IMG/VR virus record: IMGVR_UViG_3300047095_000752
Location: 1-64,000 of that record
Strand: one strand, 5' to 3'
Length of the DNA: 64,000 bases
A program made the position numbers and the translations under genes. Shown here piece after piece: positions 16,875 through 26,951 of the stretch (position 1 is its first letter; every line of letters starts with the position of its first letter). The notes under the pieces are model-generated. The model had not been told where the DNA came from. It searched no databases and saw only the letters and a list, made by a program, of their open reading frames with translations.

Positions 16875-17460
16875 TAAAACCCTGAGTGCTATCCGGCGAA
16901 GGCTAGCACTCAGGGGGTCTGACTACACATTCCTATGCACTGGGAGTCGCACATAGGTCTTTCGTAGGAGCCCTCGCCAAAGAGCCTACTAGTGTAGAAA
17001 TATCATAGCCCGGTGAGTAGGCGGGGATAGACGCTACTCACCGGGTGGTGCTCTTGGACTTAGTCTGTGTGGACTTAGTCACTGAGCAAGATTTTAAAGA
17101 CTTTCGTCTTGAGTTGAAATTTACGACTTCTTGAAATCTTAGAGAAGTCGTAGTATCGTATACCATCTCGTGCACCGTCGAATCCAAAGGGCTGCATTCC
17201 CCTTTGCGGAAGGATTCGATGGTATGGTGATTTCCGGAACACTGTTCCGCGATACCGTTGTGTGGATTCGCGTGGAGTCAGTCACGCTGGTAGTGCGGCT
17301 GGGGGACAGCCGATGAGGGGAAAAGAAAGTCCAGCCAAGGAGTTATGTGCAGGGCTTTGGCAAACCCTTTGGGAGACTCCTTGGCTGGATAATTAAAAAG
17401 CTTCAACCCAGACAATGACTCTGAACCCAAGTGGAAGGAAATGGGTTATGCGACCAGAAT
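16875..17460. ncRNA. Large, highly structured non-coding element of about 600 nt
   Basis: GC-rich, no ORF in the track, many long stems: cctgagtgcta/tagcactcagg, cccggtgagtag/ctactcaccggg, tacgacttct/agaagtcgta, tcgaatcc/ggattcga, tccagccaaggagt/actccttggctgga. Confidence 0.6.
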
Positions 17461-17481
17461 CTTTAATCTAAGTTTTGCTTT

Positions 17482-17501
17482 CAATAATTTATATATATAG
17501 T
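17482..17501 (-). promoter_or_regulatory. Phage promoter motif A
   Basis: caataatttatatatatagt. Confidence 0.7.
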
Positions 17502-17505
17502 GGAT

Positions 17506-17772
17506 TTAATTATCTTTACAATTATTAGTTTCCATACACATATAAGATAACCACATGTTAAATTCATTACAAGCCCTGAGACTATTTATTAATACTTTCT
17601 TTTTTATACTAGATATCTCAACCGTAAAGTCCGGATGATCTTTTAACCTGACTTTATATGCTGGTATTAAATTTCGTGTTATAGGAAGTATGTCTATGTG
17701 ATCATAAATATTATCTAAAATGTTATTATATCGAGTTAAGTATGCTGAGTGTAAATTAGATGAGAGATTCAA
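17506..17772 (-). CDS. Hypothetical protein
   Basis: 88 aa ORF overlapping the upstream stop. Confidence 0.5.
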   Translation of the reverse strand: MNLSSNLHSAYLTRYNNILDNIYDHIDILPITRNLIPAYKVRLKDHPDFTVEISSIKKKVLINSLRACNEFNMWLSYMCMETNNCKDN

Positions 17773-18517
17773 GTTCTTGTTTAAACTCCTTTAATAGTAA
17801 TTGTTTATTTACATTTTTTTGTCTTATTTTTTTAAGAGTTGGTCGGTTTAGACAATCATCGGACGGGAACTCGTACTGAGTTCTTATACCGGGTGTATTT
17901 GAATTTATATATAATGTAATCAACCCATCGTTATAATTACTGTGTTTATTACGAACTGTAAATAAAAACTTTACTGTATATATACTTTCTATAAACTTTA
18001 ACAATTTGCTATAAGAACTACCATAAGCATACACAAATAACTTCATGTGGGTTTTTATATAATTTTTACTTATTTCAACCTTATTTGAATTTCTATACAA
18101 TATTATATTAATTAGACTGTACCCAATAGGTGTTATACTTGCTAATGTTAAATTTCGGGTGGTCCATCGAGTTCCCATATATGGATTTAGTACAGCATAC
18201 ATACCATTATGTTCATCGTTTTTTATAAAATAATTTTCGAAAAACCCATATGATATGGATATTATATTCCTAGATCTTTCTTTTAAAAAATCAATAGGTT
18301 TAGTCCAGAGCCAAGAATTATCTAAATCAACCTTTGTGAATAACGTGTGATTAATTGTATCTACATATAATAACTGTTTTATAAAAGATATAGTGAGAAC
18401 TTTTTGTTCATAATTTTTACTATATGTGGAAACCTGAGCTAGATTCGAAAGAGTTTTTATGCAGGTATGTATCAAGCTCATGTATTTCTGAGGCGAAGTT
18501 ACTATTATATGTTTCAA
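17756..18517 (-). CDS. Hypothetical protein
   Basis: 253 aa ORF. Confidence 0.6.
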   Translation of the reverse strand: MKHIIVTSPQKYMSLIHTCIKTLSNLAQVSTYSKNYEQKVLTISFIKQLLYVDTINHTLFTKVDLDNSWLWTKPIDFLKERSRNIISISYGFFENYFIKNDEHNGMYAVLNPYMGTRWTTRNLTLASITPIGYSLINIILYRNSNKVEISKNYIKTHMKLFVYAYGSSYSKLLKFIESIYTVKFLFTVRNKHSNYNDGLITLYINSNTPGIRTQYEFPSDDCLNRPTLKKIRQKNVNKQLLLKEFKQELESLI

Positions 18518-18525
18518 TGTAAATA

Positions 18526-18891
18526 TTATTTCATAGTTTTAATGTGGTCTTCATAATAAGCCAATGCTTCATCGAACTCAGTAAATACTTGTATTTCCAG
18601 TTGAGTGTGGGTCAACGATAATTTAACGGTACTATCAACCATAATTTCAACGTATGATGTTTTTTCTTTTTCATTGTGTCGAAAGCTCATGCTACGAATC
18701 GTATACGGACCTGAAAGGGAATAAACCTTTTTACCTTCAATCATGCTGTTTGATATTTTATAGCAATTGTACATGGGAAAAGATTCTATAGTAAGTTCTT
18801 TTACACACTTGTTAATATGCATTTGGAGGTCCTTGTCTTTTGTTGGTTTTGTGGAAGTTGTGGGTATAACGCATTGCAGTGTCATAACCAA
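18526..18891 (-). CDS. Hypothetical protein (start probably near 18822)
   Basis: ORF; internal MHINK start lies near the upstream stop. Confidence 0.55.
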   Translation of the reverse strand: MVMTLQCVIPTTSTKPTKDKDLQMHINKCVKELTIESFPMYNCYKISNSMIEGKKVYSLSGPYTIRSMSFRHNEKEKTSYVEIMVDSTVKLSLTHTQLEIQVFTEFDEALAYYEDHIKTMK

Positions 18892-19102
18892 CGACTAAAG
18901 GAAATAAACTTATGCGAAGTACCATTTCTAGTACGGGTGTTTGAATTATTAATCTTCTATAGTAATTATAAGGTGAGCCGGTTCCGGGGCGTAGAGATAC
19001 ATACACAACAGCCCCTGATAACCCAATTACGGATATTAGATACGTGATAAATAAAAATAGGCTTACATAATAGAAGCCCATAAATAAAATGTTAAATATC
19101 AT
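18812..19102 (-). CDS. Small membrane protein
   Basis: Long hydrophobic N-terminus. Confidence 0.55.
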   Translation of the reverse strand: MIFNILFMGFYYVSLFLFITYLISVIGLSGAVVYVSLRPGTGSPYNYYRRLIIQTPVLEMVLRISLFPLVVGYDTAMRYTHNFHKTNKRQGPPNAY

Positions 19103-19103
19103 A

Positions 19104-19496
19104 CTAATCTTCGTCTAAACCGAACTCCTCACCCAATGTAATACTTTCTTCTAGATTATCGCTTTCATCGTATGGTTCGGAGTCTGCAATATCAGCTTCA
19201 ATGTCTTGGTCTAGATTCTGAATAAATTTGGTCATATATTCAATATATTTTTCTTTGATGATACATACCGAACATAGCTTATCAGATAGTTCAAAAATAT
19301 TAGTTTGTTCGTTTATACTCTTAACAACATCATTATCTTTAAATTCATCCATAGTTTTTGCAATGTCGATAACATATTGTAGTGGCATTAGAGTGTCAAG
19401 AATAATTCGGATTTCATCTACCTTTTCAATCAGTAGGTCGGAATTATTTTCATATAGTGCTAAGATTTGTTCAATGTTTTGATTTGTTGCGGGCAT
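19104..19496 (-). CDS. Acidic hypothetical protein
   Basis: 130 aa, D/E-rich C-terminus, AAGGAA RBS. Confidence 0.7.
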   Translation of the reverse strand: MPATNQNIEQILALYENNSDLLIEKVDEIRIILDTLMPLQYVIDIAKTMDEFKDNDVVKSINEQTNIFELSDKLCSVCIIKEKYIEYMTKFIQNLDQDIEADIADSEPYDESDNLEESITLGEEFGLDED

Positions 19497-19578
19497 TCGT
19501 ATATTCCTTTCAAATAGATGGTGTTATTTGTAATTTGGAAATAGACACTACTATTCCAATTCAAATAATTTTATCAAC

Positions 19579-19594
19579 GGACAAATAATAGTAC
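19579..19594 (+). promoter_or_regulatory. Phage promoter motif B (variant) upstream of the putative tail tube gene
   Basis: ggacaaataatagtac shares the GGACAAAT core. Confidence 0.4.
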
Positions 19595-19725
19595 ATTTCA
19601 TATTTATCCTTGTGTGCTAATGAAAATTTAAATCACGCTTTGATGTGTGATCTTCTTTACTCTCACTAACAATCCAATTTTACCATATACGTTTTATAAA
19701 TGCAAATATAGGAGATAGAATTACT

Positions 19726-20484
19726 ATGGCAAAAAACTCTTTCGCCGCCATGGCAAATGGTAGCAATAAATTCACTAGAAAGTTCGGCACTGAAGCCGGT
19801 GAGGTCATGCCTTATATTTCAGGTAGAGGCTTCGTACACTTTTCAACAATTCCCGCAAATTTATATCAAGTTGTAAACTATCACAAGGGTGATGTTCTTA
19901 TTTCAAACAATGATGAAATTAAGAATATTCTTGAATCCGCTGTTATTTCAACCAACGTTCCCGGTAAGCAGGTAAACACCGCCGAGTTCACTGGTTTAGG
20001 TGGTATTACATGGTCCGTACCTACAAGTGTAACCAGCGACAACACCCTCAACATGAGATTCATTGAAACCAGTGGACTTCCCATTCTTTCAATTTTCCAT
20101 GCATGGGTTCGTATGATTCAAGATAACCGTGCTGGTGTGTCTCTCTTAGTTGGTGATAACTATTCTAAGAGCAACTACGCATCAAACGTTTACTACTGGA
20201 CCACAAAGCCCGATGGTGTAACCGTCGAATATGCCGCGTGTTATACCGGCGTTTTCCCAACCAAAGACCCCGCAGATCTATACGGCTACGACTTAGCTTC
20301 ACTTGATAAGGTCGAAGTTGATATGGACTTCCGTTGTGACTGGGTATGGGAAGAAGATTGGGTTTATACCCGTTGTCGCGATCTTGCCCAAGTACGTAAA
20401 GCCAATGCATTCCCTGTGGCTATGGGTCAGCTTAGTTCTACTGCTGGTGAAATCAATACCGCCTACAGACCTAGTGACGCATAA
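19726..20484 (+). CDS. Putative tail tube or major structural protein
   Basis: Strong RBS, codon usage typical of high expression, tube-like W...I.D...G and Y.GVFP....L.Y pattern; terminator follows. Confidence 0.55.
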   Translation: MAKNSFAAMANGSNKFTRKFGTEAGEVMPYISGRGFVHFSTIPANLYQVVNYHKGDVLISNNDEIKNILESAVISTNVPGKQVNTAEFTGLGGITWSVPTSVTSDNTLNMRFIETSGLPILSIFHAWVRMIQDNRAGVSLLVGDNYSKSNYASNVYYWTTKPDGVTVEYAACYTGVFPTKDPADLYGYDLASLDKVEVDMDFRCDWVWEEDWVYTRCRDLAQVRKANAFPVAMGQLSSTAGEINTAYRPSDA

Positions 20485-20507
20485 TTAATAAATACAATAT
20501 ATAATGG

Positions 20508-20542
20508 AAATCTCCCACCAACTAAATGGTGGGAGATTTTTT
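20508..20542. terminator. Terminator between convergent genes
   Basis: aaatctcccacca-actaaa-tggtgggagattttt. Confidence 0.8.
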
Positions 20543-20991
20543 TATTTGTTATAAATTTCGTCGGGATTCTTGACTTCGTGAGCCTTGAATAGATCGTATA
20601 ACAACTTTATACCATGCTTTAATTGTCGAATCCGGAATTCTTTACATCGCTCACCGAATGTATCAATAATTTGATCCCTTAAATTTTCATCATAGTAATA
20701 CTCTCGCAACTCCGCTTGTAGTACAACGAGTTCTTCTTTGAGTTCCTCATTTGTTTCCTTGTCGGATTCATCCATAGTGCTGAAGTCATCGTTAGTCTCT
20801 TTGTCAAAGACATCCTGAATGGTGTTGGGGGCTACGAATACCTGCTTTACATGTTCCTCCAGTGGGATCAAGTCCATCTTAGCAAGCTGTTCGGATTGAA
20901 TGCTTTCTAAAGTTTTATTCGGCATATCGAAAAAAATAGACAATCGTTCTAATACAATATCTTTAACATTTGGGTTTTTTTCTACATCCAT
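20542..20991 (-). CDS. Acidic hypothetical protein
   Basis: 149 aa ORF with an AAGGAA RBS. Confidence 0.7.
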   Translation of the reverse strand: MDVEKNPNVKDIVLERLSIFFDMPNKTLESIQSEQLAKMDLIPLEEHVKQVFVAPNTIQDVFDKETNDDFSTMDESDKETNEELKEELVVLQAELREYYYDENLRDQIIDTFGERCKEFRIRQLKHGIKLLYDLFKAHEVKNPDEIYNK

Positions 20992-20992
20992 T

Positions 20993-23753
20993 TTAAATTC
21001 CTTGTAGGTAGTAATATTTGTAGTTAAGGTCGTCTATCATAAAATACTTAGGTCCGTGTAAAATACATAATATAAATGCCACGGCGCGATTAAATATGAT
21101 AGAGAATATTCTTTTATTATCAGAGATATATGATTTTGTAGTATATTTAGACCAATAATTAGCTTCAATGAAATCATACAATATTGTACTGTATATAAAT
21201 CTATTTCGAAATAAATATGGGTATGATATCTGTTCACTCGACCATAATGATATATTCATAACTTTATTTAAATACTTGACTCGACCGTCTGATTTATTTC
21301 GAAGTGTAAACATAATACTCCTTAGACATAGGCGCTCGGATCTCGGTTTAAATACCGTATAATATCATAAAATAAATAAGAGGTCTTTGTCCACACATCC
21401 AGAAATATCTTCACATGAGATCTAAGTTCAAAATAATTTCTAAGTACAATTCCACTCAAAACAGTTCGTAACATTAAATCGTTTTTAATATTCAATTTGT
21501 ATTGGATATATTTTATAACGAAAAAATCATTATTTGATAAGCATTTGTTTTTTACTAAAATTAAATAGCAATCTCTCATAGGTAATCCTCATTTAAACAT
21601 CACCATTATATATGAAATCGTATTGTATCTGCAATATTAAGATTCTTAAATCTGACAGAGCACATAAGTATAATCGAAAGAATTTTCCTATATTTGATAA
21701 ATTTTGGTTTTCAACAAAATAACGCCAAGTTAAATACTTTGTTCGTATATGAAAATCTTTTGTACTTAACTTTATTTTAAATCTTGGGGCATCGATTATA
21801 ATATAATGTGATTGTAACGAATAAATATCAAATACACCGGGAACCCAGCAACTTATATGATGTGATATTATTTCTTCTAGACGTTGTACGGATTGGAAAT
21901 AATTATTATACATATAATAATTTCTCATTTTATTTATTGGTGCCATGGGTAACCTCCGTTAGGTTTAAACATGTAGTTTTCATATGCGTCTGTCATTATA
22001 CATCTAACAAACAATCGGAATATATAATGTAGAGTATACATATAACCAGTCATGCTAATACCCATGGAGTATGGGCTTGATGGTATTCGTGGTAATATAA
22101 TTTTAGAACCAAATCTATATATGGTTACCATAGTATATTCCATTAAATCATGCCTGTAATTATATGGTAGAAATGTATATTTTCTAAAGTCACATCGAGT
22201 TTTTACTTCTACATACATTTTACGATCCTACGATTTTCAAGCATAAGTTTCCTCTTTTTTGTTATCTGAATATTTGTTTTATATTGAAAACCATTAATAA
22301 TATTAAAAAACTATATTTTATACAAATATTAATATAGTGATAAATCCATGGTACATGGCTTGGTATAATAGATACTAATGCAGCCCTGATAGTCCAAAGA
22401 CTTCCTTTGGTGAGTCGAGGTAATGCAAATAGGCTATATGTTAGATTTAAATAATTGTAACCATATATATTTCTGTACAAAATTTCTCTGGAGTATATAG
22501 TCACGTTATATCTTATCTCGCTTAATTGCTCTATTCTCACCTGAAAACTCCAATTATGTTACCAATGAAACTAGATTTAGGATATTTCCTAACATAGAAA
22601 AGTACACTTTGTATCAACCGTACTAGGAAATGTCCAATCCGCCGCAAGATGTGATTATAATTTAAAAGAGCATTAAATACTCTATAACACACAACCCTCG
22701 ATGCTTGTACGTGTAGTGTGTTTATGTTATATATTATTTCTTTGTTAAATACAATGGGTGCAATCAATTGAAACTTAATTCCTTGGGCGATCATCTGTTG
22801 TATATCAAGAGCATGGCGATGTTTCTAATGAATGATATTAGAATTAATGATGCTACATCGGCGGTTGTGTCTGTAAATTTACCCCCCGAATATATTATTA
22901 ATTTTATACCCATCACACCGTAATATAAAACATTAAAATCTCGTACATATAGTTTTTCACAAATTTCAACGGGTAATAGGTATAAATTTTGAGTTAAAAA
23001 TCCAGATTCGTATATCCCGTGCCCACTCACATTACGTCTTATAATTTTTATCATGGAATCTTTGTCTCCACAAGTCTCGTATAAGGGACCGCAGTTTGTT
23101 CACGGACAGTCTAATATAAGTATCAGAAATAGATAGAATAAATGATGTAAATCTAGCTGACATTATATAATCGATAAAAGTAATATACAAATTAAAGGTA
23201 TAACTTTTAGTATAAACGGTGTATGAATCGAATCTCAATTGTAGTTTATGAATCCACATTTAAATTACCCCATATAAGTATATCGTCGGCGCACCCGGTT
23301 ATATAACATATCAGCATAATTATAGGAGCCAATATATATGATTGTCGAACCGGACCCAAGCGGATCATTTTGAAGTATGTTTTCAAATAATGTTCTCTGC
23401 TATTGAATGTTGATGTCGGTTCATATCTACCCATTACTTTTCGGATTTTATTACGTTTATACATTTTAGATAGAATTCTAATCGGATAAGTATATATAAC
23501 AAAATTTTCAACGAACATAAGTAAGTTCCTTTTTAGGATTTTGTTTATAATGCCTCCAAACCCAGAATATACATGATATGATGTGGCGAATACAGCTTGT
23601 GGATGTCCTAAATAGTTTTGTTGTAGACCCATATAAGTTTATATGAGTTATGCTCGCCCACATGTAATATTTAGGAGATGTTCGACCGAATATAAAAGAT
23701 ATCTCTTTTTTATATAATAATTGACTTACGTAGTCTGATGAGAATTCTTCCAC
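20993..23753 (-). other. Array of about ten short overlapping hypothetical ORFs (20993-21313, 21322-21579, 21593-21946, 21934-22218, 22262-22540, 22537-22794, 22791-23054, 23032-23259, 23246-~23517, 23508-23753)
   Basis: 75-128 aa, Y/I/F/L/R-rich ORFs with stop/start overlaps and RBS sequences at the end of the preceding gene; headed by a motif A promoter. Confidence 0.55.
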
Positions 23754-23810
23754 GCTACAACCTCCAATTTCAATATTCTAAACTAAAAAATCATGTTCAT
23801 GATTTATATA

Positions 23811-23830
23811 CAATATTTAATATATATAAT
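23811..23830 (-). promoter_or_regulatory. Phage promoter motif A
   Basis: caatatttaatatatataat. Confidence 0.7.
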
Positions 23831-23864
23831 ACTTGCGTTCCATGGTATAAGCCGTGTAAAATAA

Positions 23865-23880
23865 GGACAAATTTATATAA
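23865..23880 (+). promoter_or_regulatory. Phage promoter motif B (GGACAAATTTATATAA), probably late
   Basis: An identical copy lies upstream of the 44654 gene and a 1-mismatch copy upstream of the 37736 gene. Confidence 0.65.
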
Positions 23881-23921
23881 ATTAATTTCATTAGCTAAAC
23901 ACACAATTAGGAGGATATCCA

Positions 23922-25073
23922 ATGGCTAACAAGCGTTTTTCCGGTTTTAAGACTTATAAGGCACCTGTTTTTACAGTGACTTGCCCCCAATCTGGGAATC
24001 AATATGAAGTACGGAGCCTTAACGTAGGTGAAGTAACTCGTATTAAAGAAAGTCTAATCACCCAGAATAGAATTTCAGAAACTATCAATGACATTTTATG
24101 GGATGCCGTCCAGAAGGAAACCCTACCCAATTACATTCGGGATAAGGAAGATTTCGAGAACTATACAACCCTAAATGACCGTACGGCACTGGTTTACGGA
24201 CTTTACACAATCACATTCGGATCATCTAAAGAGTATGAGTTGATGTGTGGTCATTGTTCACAGAAGTCACTCAATAAAATTGATTATTCGAATTTCATCT
24301 CCATCCTACAATATCCAAAGTCTTCAAATGTAGTTGATTCATATATCGCATCTACTGTAAATAATGAAGCTAATGTTAACCCCGAGATGGAAGAAATTGT
24401 TGATACCATAAGTATCGATTCTATTCTGAGTGAGTACTCCGGACCAATCCCATCATCGGGTCAACCCGAAGGTATAGCTAGATCTGAGCAGGAATTTAAT
24501 AATTTCTTCGAATTTATTGATTCTAAGAAGGATGAAATTAAGCTTCCATATGTAGATGTAGTTCAACTTATTTCAAATCTTGAGAAAAATAAGAAAAATC
24601 TTAAGAAAAGTAAGAAAGCCGCAATTCCAAAGGATGTTACGGTACTATCAAATCCCAATGACATCCTTAATAAGAGAGTTGAAGTTACCTTACCTGAAAC
24701 TAAGATTCTTGTCATCATGAAGGCTCCTGTTATGATTGAGGAAATTAAGCTCAATAACAGACTTATCATGAACGACGCTGAGCAGCTTTCTATTGCCACT
24801 GACATCATTTTCATTGATCGTATTGAAGAGTATGAAGCTGGTAGTAAAAGCCCCGTACAGGTCATCTCAGACCCCGTAGACATCCTTAGCGCCTACTATT
24901 CCCTTCCAATCGAAGACCGTAAGTACCTTGTTGCTCAATATGAAGAAGAGTTCGGTAAGTATGGTATTACTATTAATATTAACTGGAAATGTCCTGACGC
25001 TCACTGTGGACAAAACAATGAGTTGGAGGTGGACATTCTCCATCAGTTTTTTCGCACCGTTACATCAACATAA
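23922..25073 (+). CDS. Baseplate hub / tail assembly chaperone-like protein (T4 gp26-like)
   Basis: P.F.VT.PQSG....VR.L.V.E N-terminus, CGHC and CPDAHC zinc motifs, FF near the C-terminus; first gene of the baseplate operon. Confidence 0.6.
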   Translation: MANKRFSGFKTYKAPVFTVTCPQSGNQYEVRSLNVGEVTRIKESLITQNRISETINDILWDAVQKETLPNYIRDKEDFENYTTLNDRTALVYGLYTITFGSSKEYELMCGHCSQKSLNKIDYSNFISILQYPKSSNVVDSYIASTVNNEANVNPEMEEIVDTISIDSILSEYSGPIPSSGQPEGIARSEQEFNNFFEFIDSKKDEIKLPYVDVVQLISNLEKNKKNLKKSKKAAIPKDVTVLSNPNDILNKRVEVTLPETKILVIMKAPVMIEEIKLNNRLIMNDAEQLSIATDIIFIDRIEEYEAGSKSPVQVISDPVDILSAYYSLPIEDRKYLVAQYEEEFGKYGITININWKCPDAHCGQNNELEVDILHQFFRTVTST

Positions 25074-25122
25074 CTTAGTTGACTCTTTTTACGAAGACCG
25101 TAAGGCTAGAATATTCACTCTT

Positions 25123-25356
25123 ATGGAATTGACAGGGCAGTCGTACGACACTTTCATGGAAATGCCTTGGCTATTTTTTGAAGACTTTTATAAATGGAAA
25201 GTCGACATGGAAAAAGAAAAAAATAAGAGAAATAAAGCCGAACTTGAAAATCAACAAAGTTTACAGCGAAAAATTAAAGCAGAACAATCACAAAGAAATA
25301 CAAGGCAGCGATTACACGCGGAGGCTGCATCCAAAAATAGTCCACGCAGGAGATAA
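25123..25356 (+). CDS. Small baseplate/tail assembly protein (gp51-like or frameshift extension of the upstream gene)
   Basis: MELTGQSYDTFMEMPW resembles the SLTEIENMxPW pattern that follows gp26-like genes. Confidence 0.5.
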   Translation: MELTGQSYDTFMEMPWLFFEDFYKWKVDMEKEKNKRNKAELENQQSLQRKIKAEQSQRNTRQRLHAEAASKNSPRRR

Positions 25357-25358
25357 TT

Positions 25359-25781
25359 ATGTCATACAACAAAACATCCGAGTTTTATGCTAGCGTCCCC
25401 GGATCGAACTATCAATTAAAAGATATTGATAGTTCTATTAACGGATACGGCGATCTAACTGAACTATTCGATGTCGATGTTATTGTTAATAGTATTAATA
25501 AAATCCTACGTATTAATCGCGGTACCTATTTAGACGATCCACAATTTGGGTTAGGTCTTGAAAAGTATTTATTCGAACCATCAGATCGAATAACACAAGA
25601 AGCCATAACTCAAGATGTCCGACATGCAATAGCCAGCTACGAAAAAAGAGCTAGAATTGCTGTTGAGGTTGCTTTTTATAGCGATATGAAAGGATTTGAA
25701 ATAAAAATATTTATTGAAAAAGATGGTGTAAAAAAAGAAACTCGGGTTAAAGTTACCGAAAATTTAATAAAAAATTTATAA
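25359..25781 (+). CDS. Baseplate wedge protein, gp25-like
   Basis: NSI..IL....GT...DPQFG..L..YLFEP....YEKR. Confidence 0.82.
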   Translation: MSYNKTSEFYASVPGSNYQLKDIDSSINGYGDLTELFDVDVIVNSINKILRINRGTYLDDPQFGLGLEKYLFEPSDRITQEAITQDVRHAIASYEKRARIAVEVAFYSDMKGFEIKIFIEKDGVKKETRVKVTENLIKNL

Positions 25782-25791
25782 GGTATTTAAC

Positions 25792-26475
25792 ATGTCAGAT
25801 TCGTATTTTCAAAGTTATGTAAGAAAATATAACTATATACAGGATTATTTTCATACCGTTTACGAACGGTACATAACAACATATCCTGCCTACCCAGTCA
25901 ACTATTATGCGGTTGATAGAGATAATACGATATGGCACGACACTGAGTTTCGAGGGGGTACATATGATAAAAATGGAGTGGGTGAATTATCGGGTAAGAA
26001 GTTTAAAAAAATATTAGAACTTCCGGTATTTCAATTAACATCAATTCAACCTACTACAGATTCTGCTGAGTTTGGTATAACAACTAAAGCGTCTTTACAA
26101 GGATCATTATGTATCCCGCAAGCGTATAACCTAAAGCCAACCATGGAGGATGTGATCGATATAAACTCCGGTCTCAAAAATACAGGAAATCCGAGTAAGG
26201 TATTATATATAATATCAAATATCGATTATGCTCACTATGGGGATGAATTTAATATTTATAAGTGTACAATACAAGTTGCATCATTTGATAAAGTAGATAT
26301 TGAAACTCAGTTGTCTAGTATATGGAGATTCTACGGACCATCCAAAACTATAATACCAGCGAGTAACGCAGCAACTCTATATAAAATGATAGGGCGGGCT
26401 GAGAAAATATCAACTGATGTTAAAGCTATGTATCACTGCAACTCAAGTTTATATTTAGATAAATTATACATATAA
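25792..26475 (+). CDS. Putative virion structural protein
   Basis: 227 aa ORF within the baseplate operon. Confidence 0.55.
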   Translation: MSDSYFQSYVRKYNYIQDYFHTVYERYITTYPAYPVNYYAVDRDNTIWHDTEFRGGTYDKNGVGELSGKKFKKILELPVFQLTSIQPTTDSAEFGITTKASLQGSLCIPQAYNLKPTMEDVIDINSGLKNTGNPSKVLYIISNIDYAHYGDEFNIYKCTIQVASFDKVDIETQLSSIWRFYGPSKTIIPASNAATLYKMIGRAEKISTDVKAMYHCNSSLYLDKLYI

Positions 26476-26487
26476 GGAAAATACATT

Positions 26488-26946
26488 GTGTTAGATGAAA
26501 AATCAATTGAAATTTACTCATCCAGAGATAAGATAAGAGAACAATTAATTTCTCTAAGTAAAGACTATTTACAATTAGACAACTTTGATTTTAGTAAATC
26601 TTCATATTTATCATACATCGTAAATATGCTGGCTTCCTTAGATTCTAATTTATTGTATTATATAAGTTCGGTGTATAGAGAACAGTTTTTAACCAAAGCT
26701 GTGCAGCGCGAGTCTGTTCTAAACTTGGCTAATATCATCGGGTATAAACCATTACTTGCCATCCCCGCCCGTTGTAAGATTTTGATCGAATTCCCTCTAG
26801 CATCCACAGCTACCCGTACAGATCGCCTATTGGAGCTAATAGGTCGAAATAATGATAACTCAAATGATGAAGAAGGTGTTGAAAAAACTGTTTTAAAGTT
26901 TATTCATCTGATAACGTATTATTTTCCCTTGAGAATTCTGTTGTAA
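26488..26946 (+). CDS. Baseplate wedge protein gp6-like, N-terminal part
   Basis: REQFLTKAVQRESVLNLANIIGYKP gp6/J-like motif; the reading frame shifts near 26895. Confidence 0.7.
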   Translation: MLDEKSIEIYSSRDKIREQLISLSKDYLQLDNFDFSKSSYLSYIVNMLASLDSNLLYYISSVYREQFLTKAVQRESVLNLANIIGYKPLLAIPARCKILIEFPLASTATRTDRLLELIGRNNDNSNDEEGVEKTVLKFIHLITYYFPLRILL

Positions 26947-26951
26947 TCACA

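Noticed and set aside
15060-17460. CRISPR array or group I/II intron
   Set aside because: The hairpins are not repeats of one sequence with spacers, and no intron core motifs or interrupted host gene were recognised by eye.
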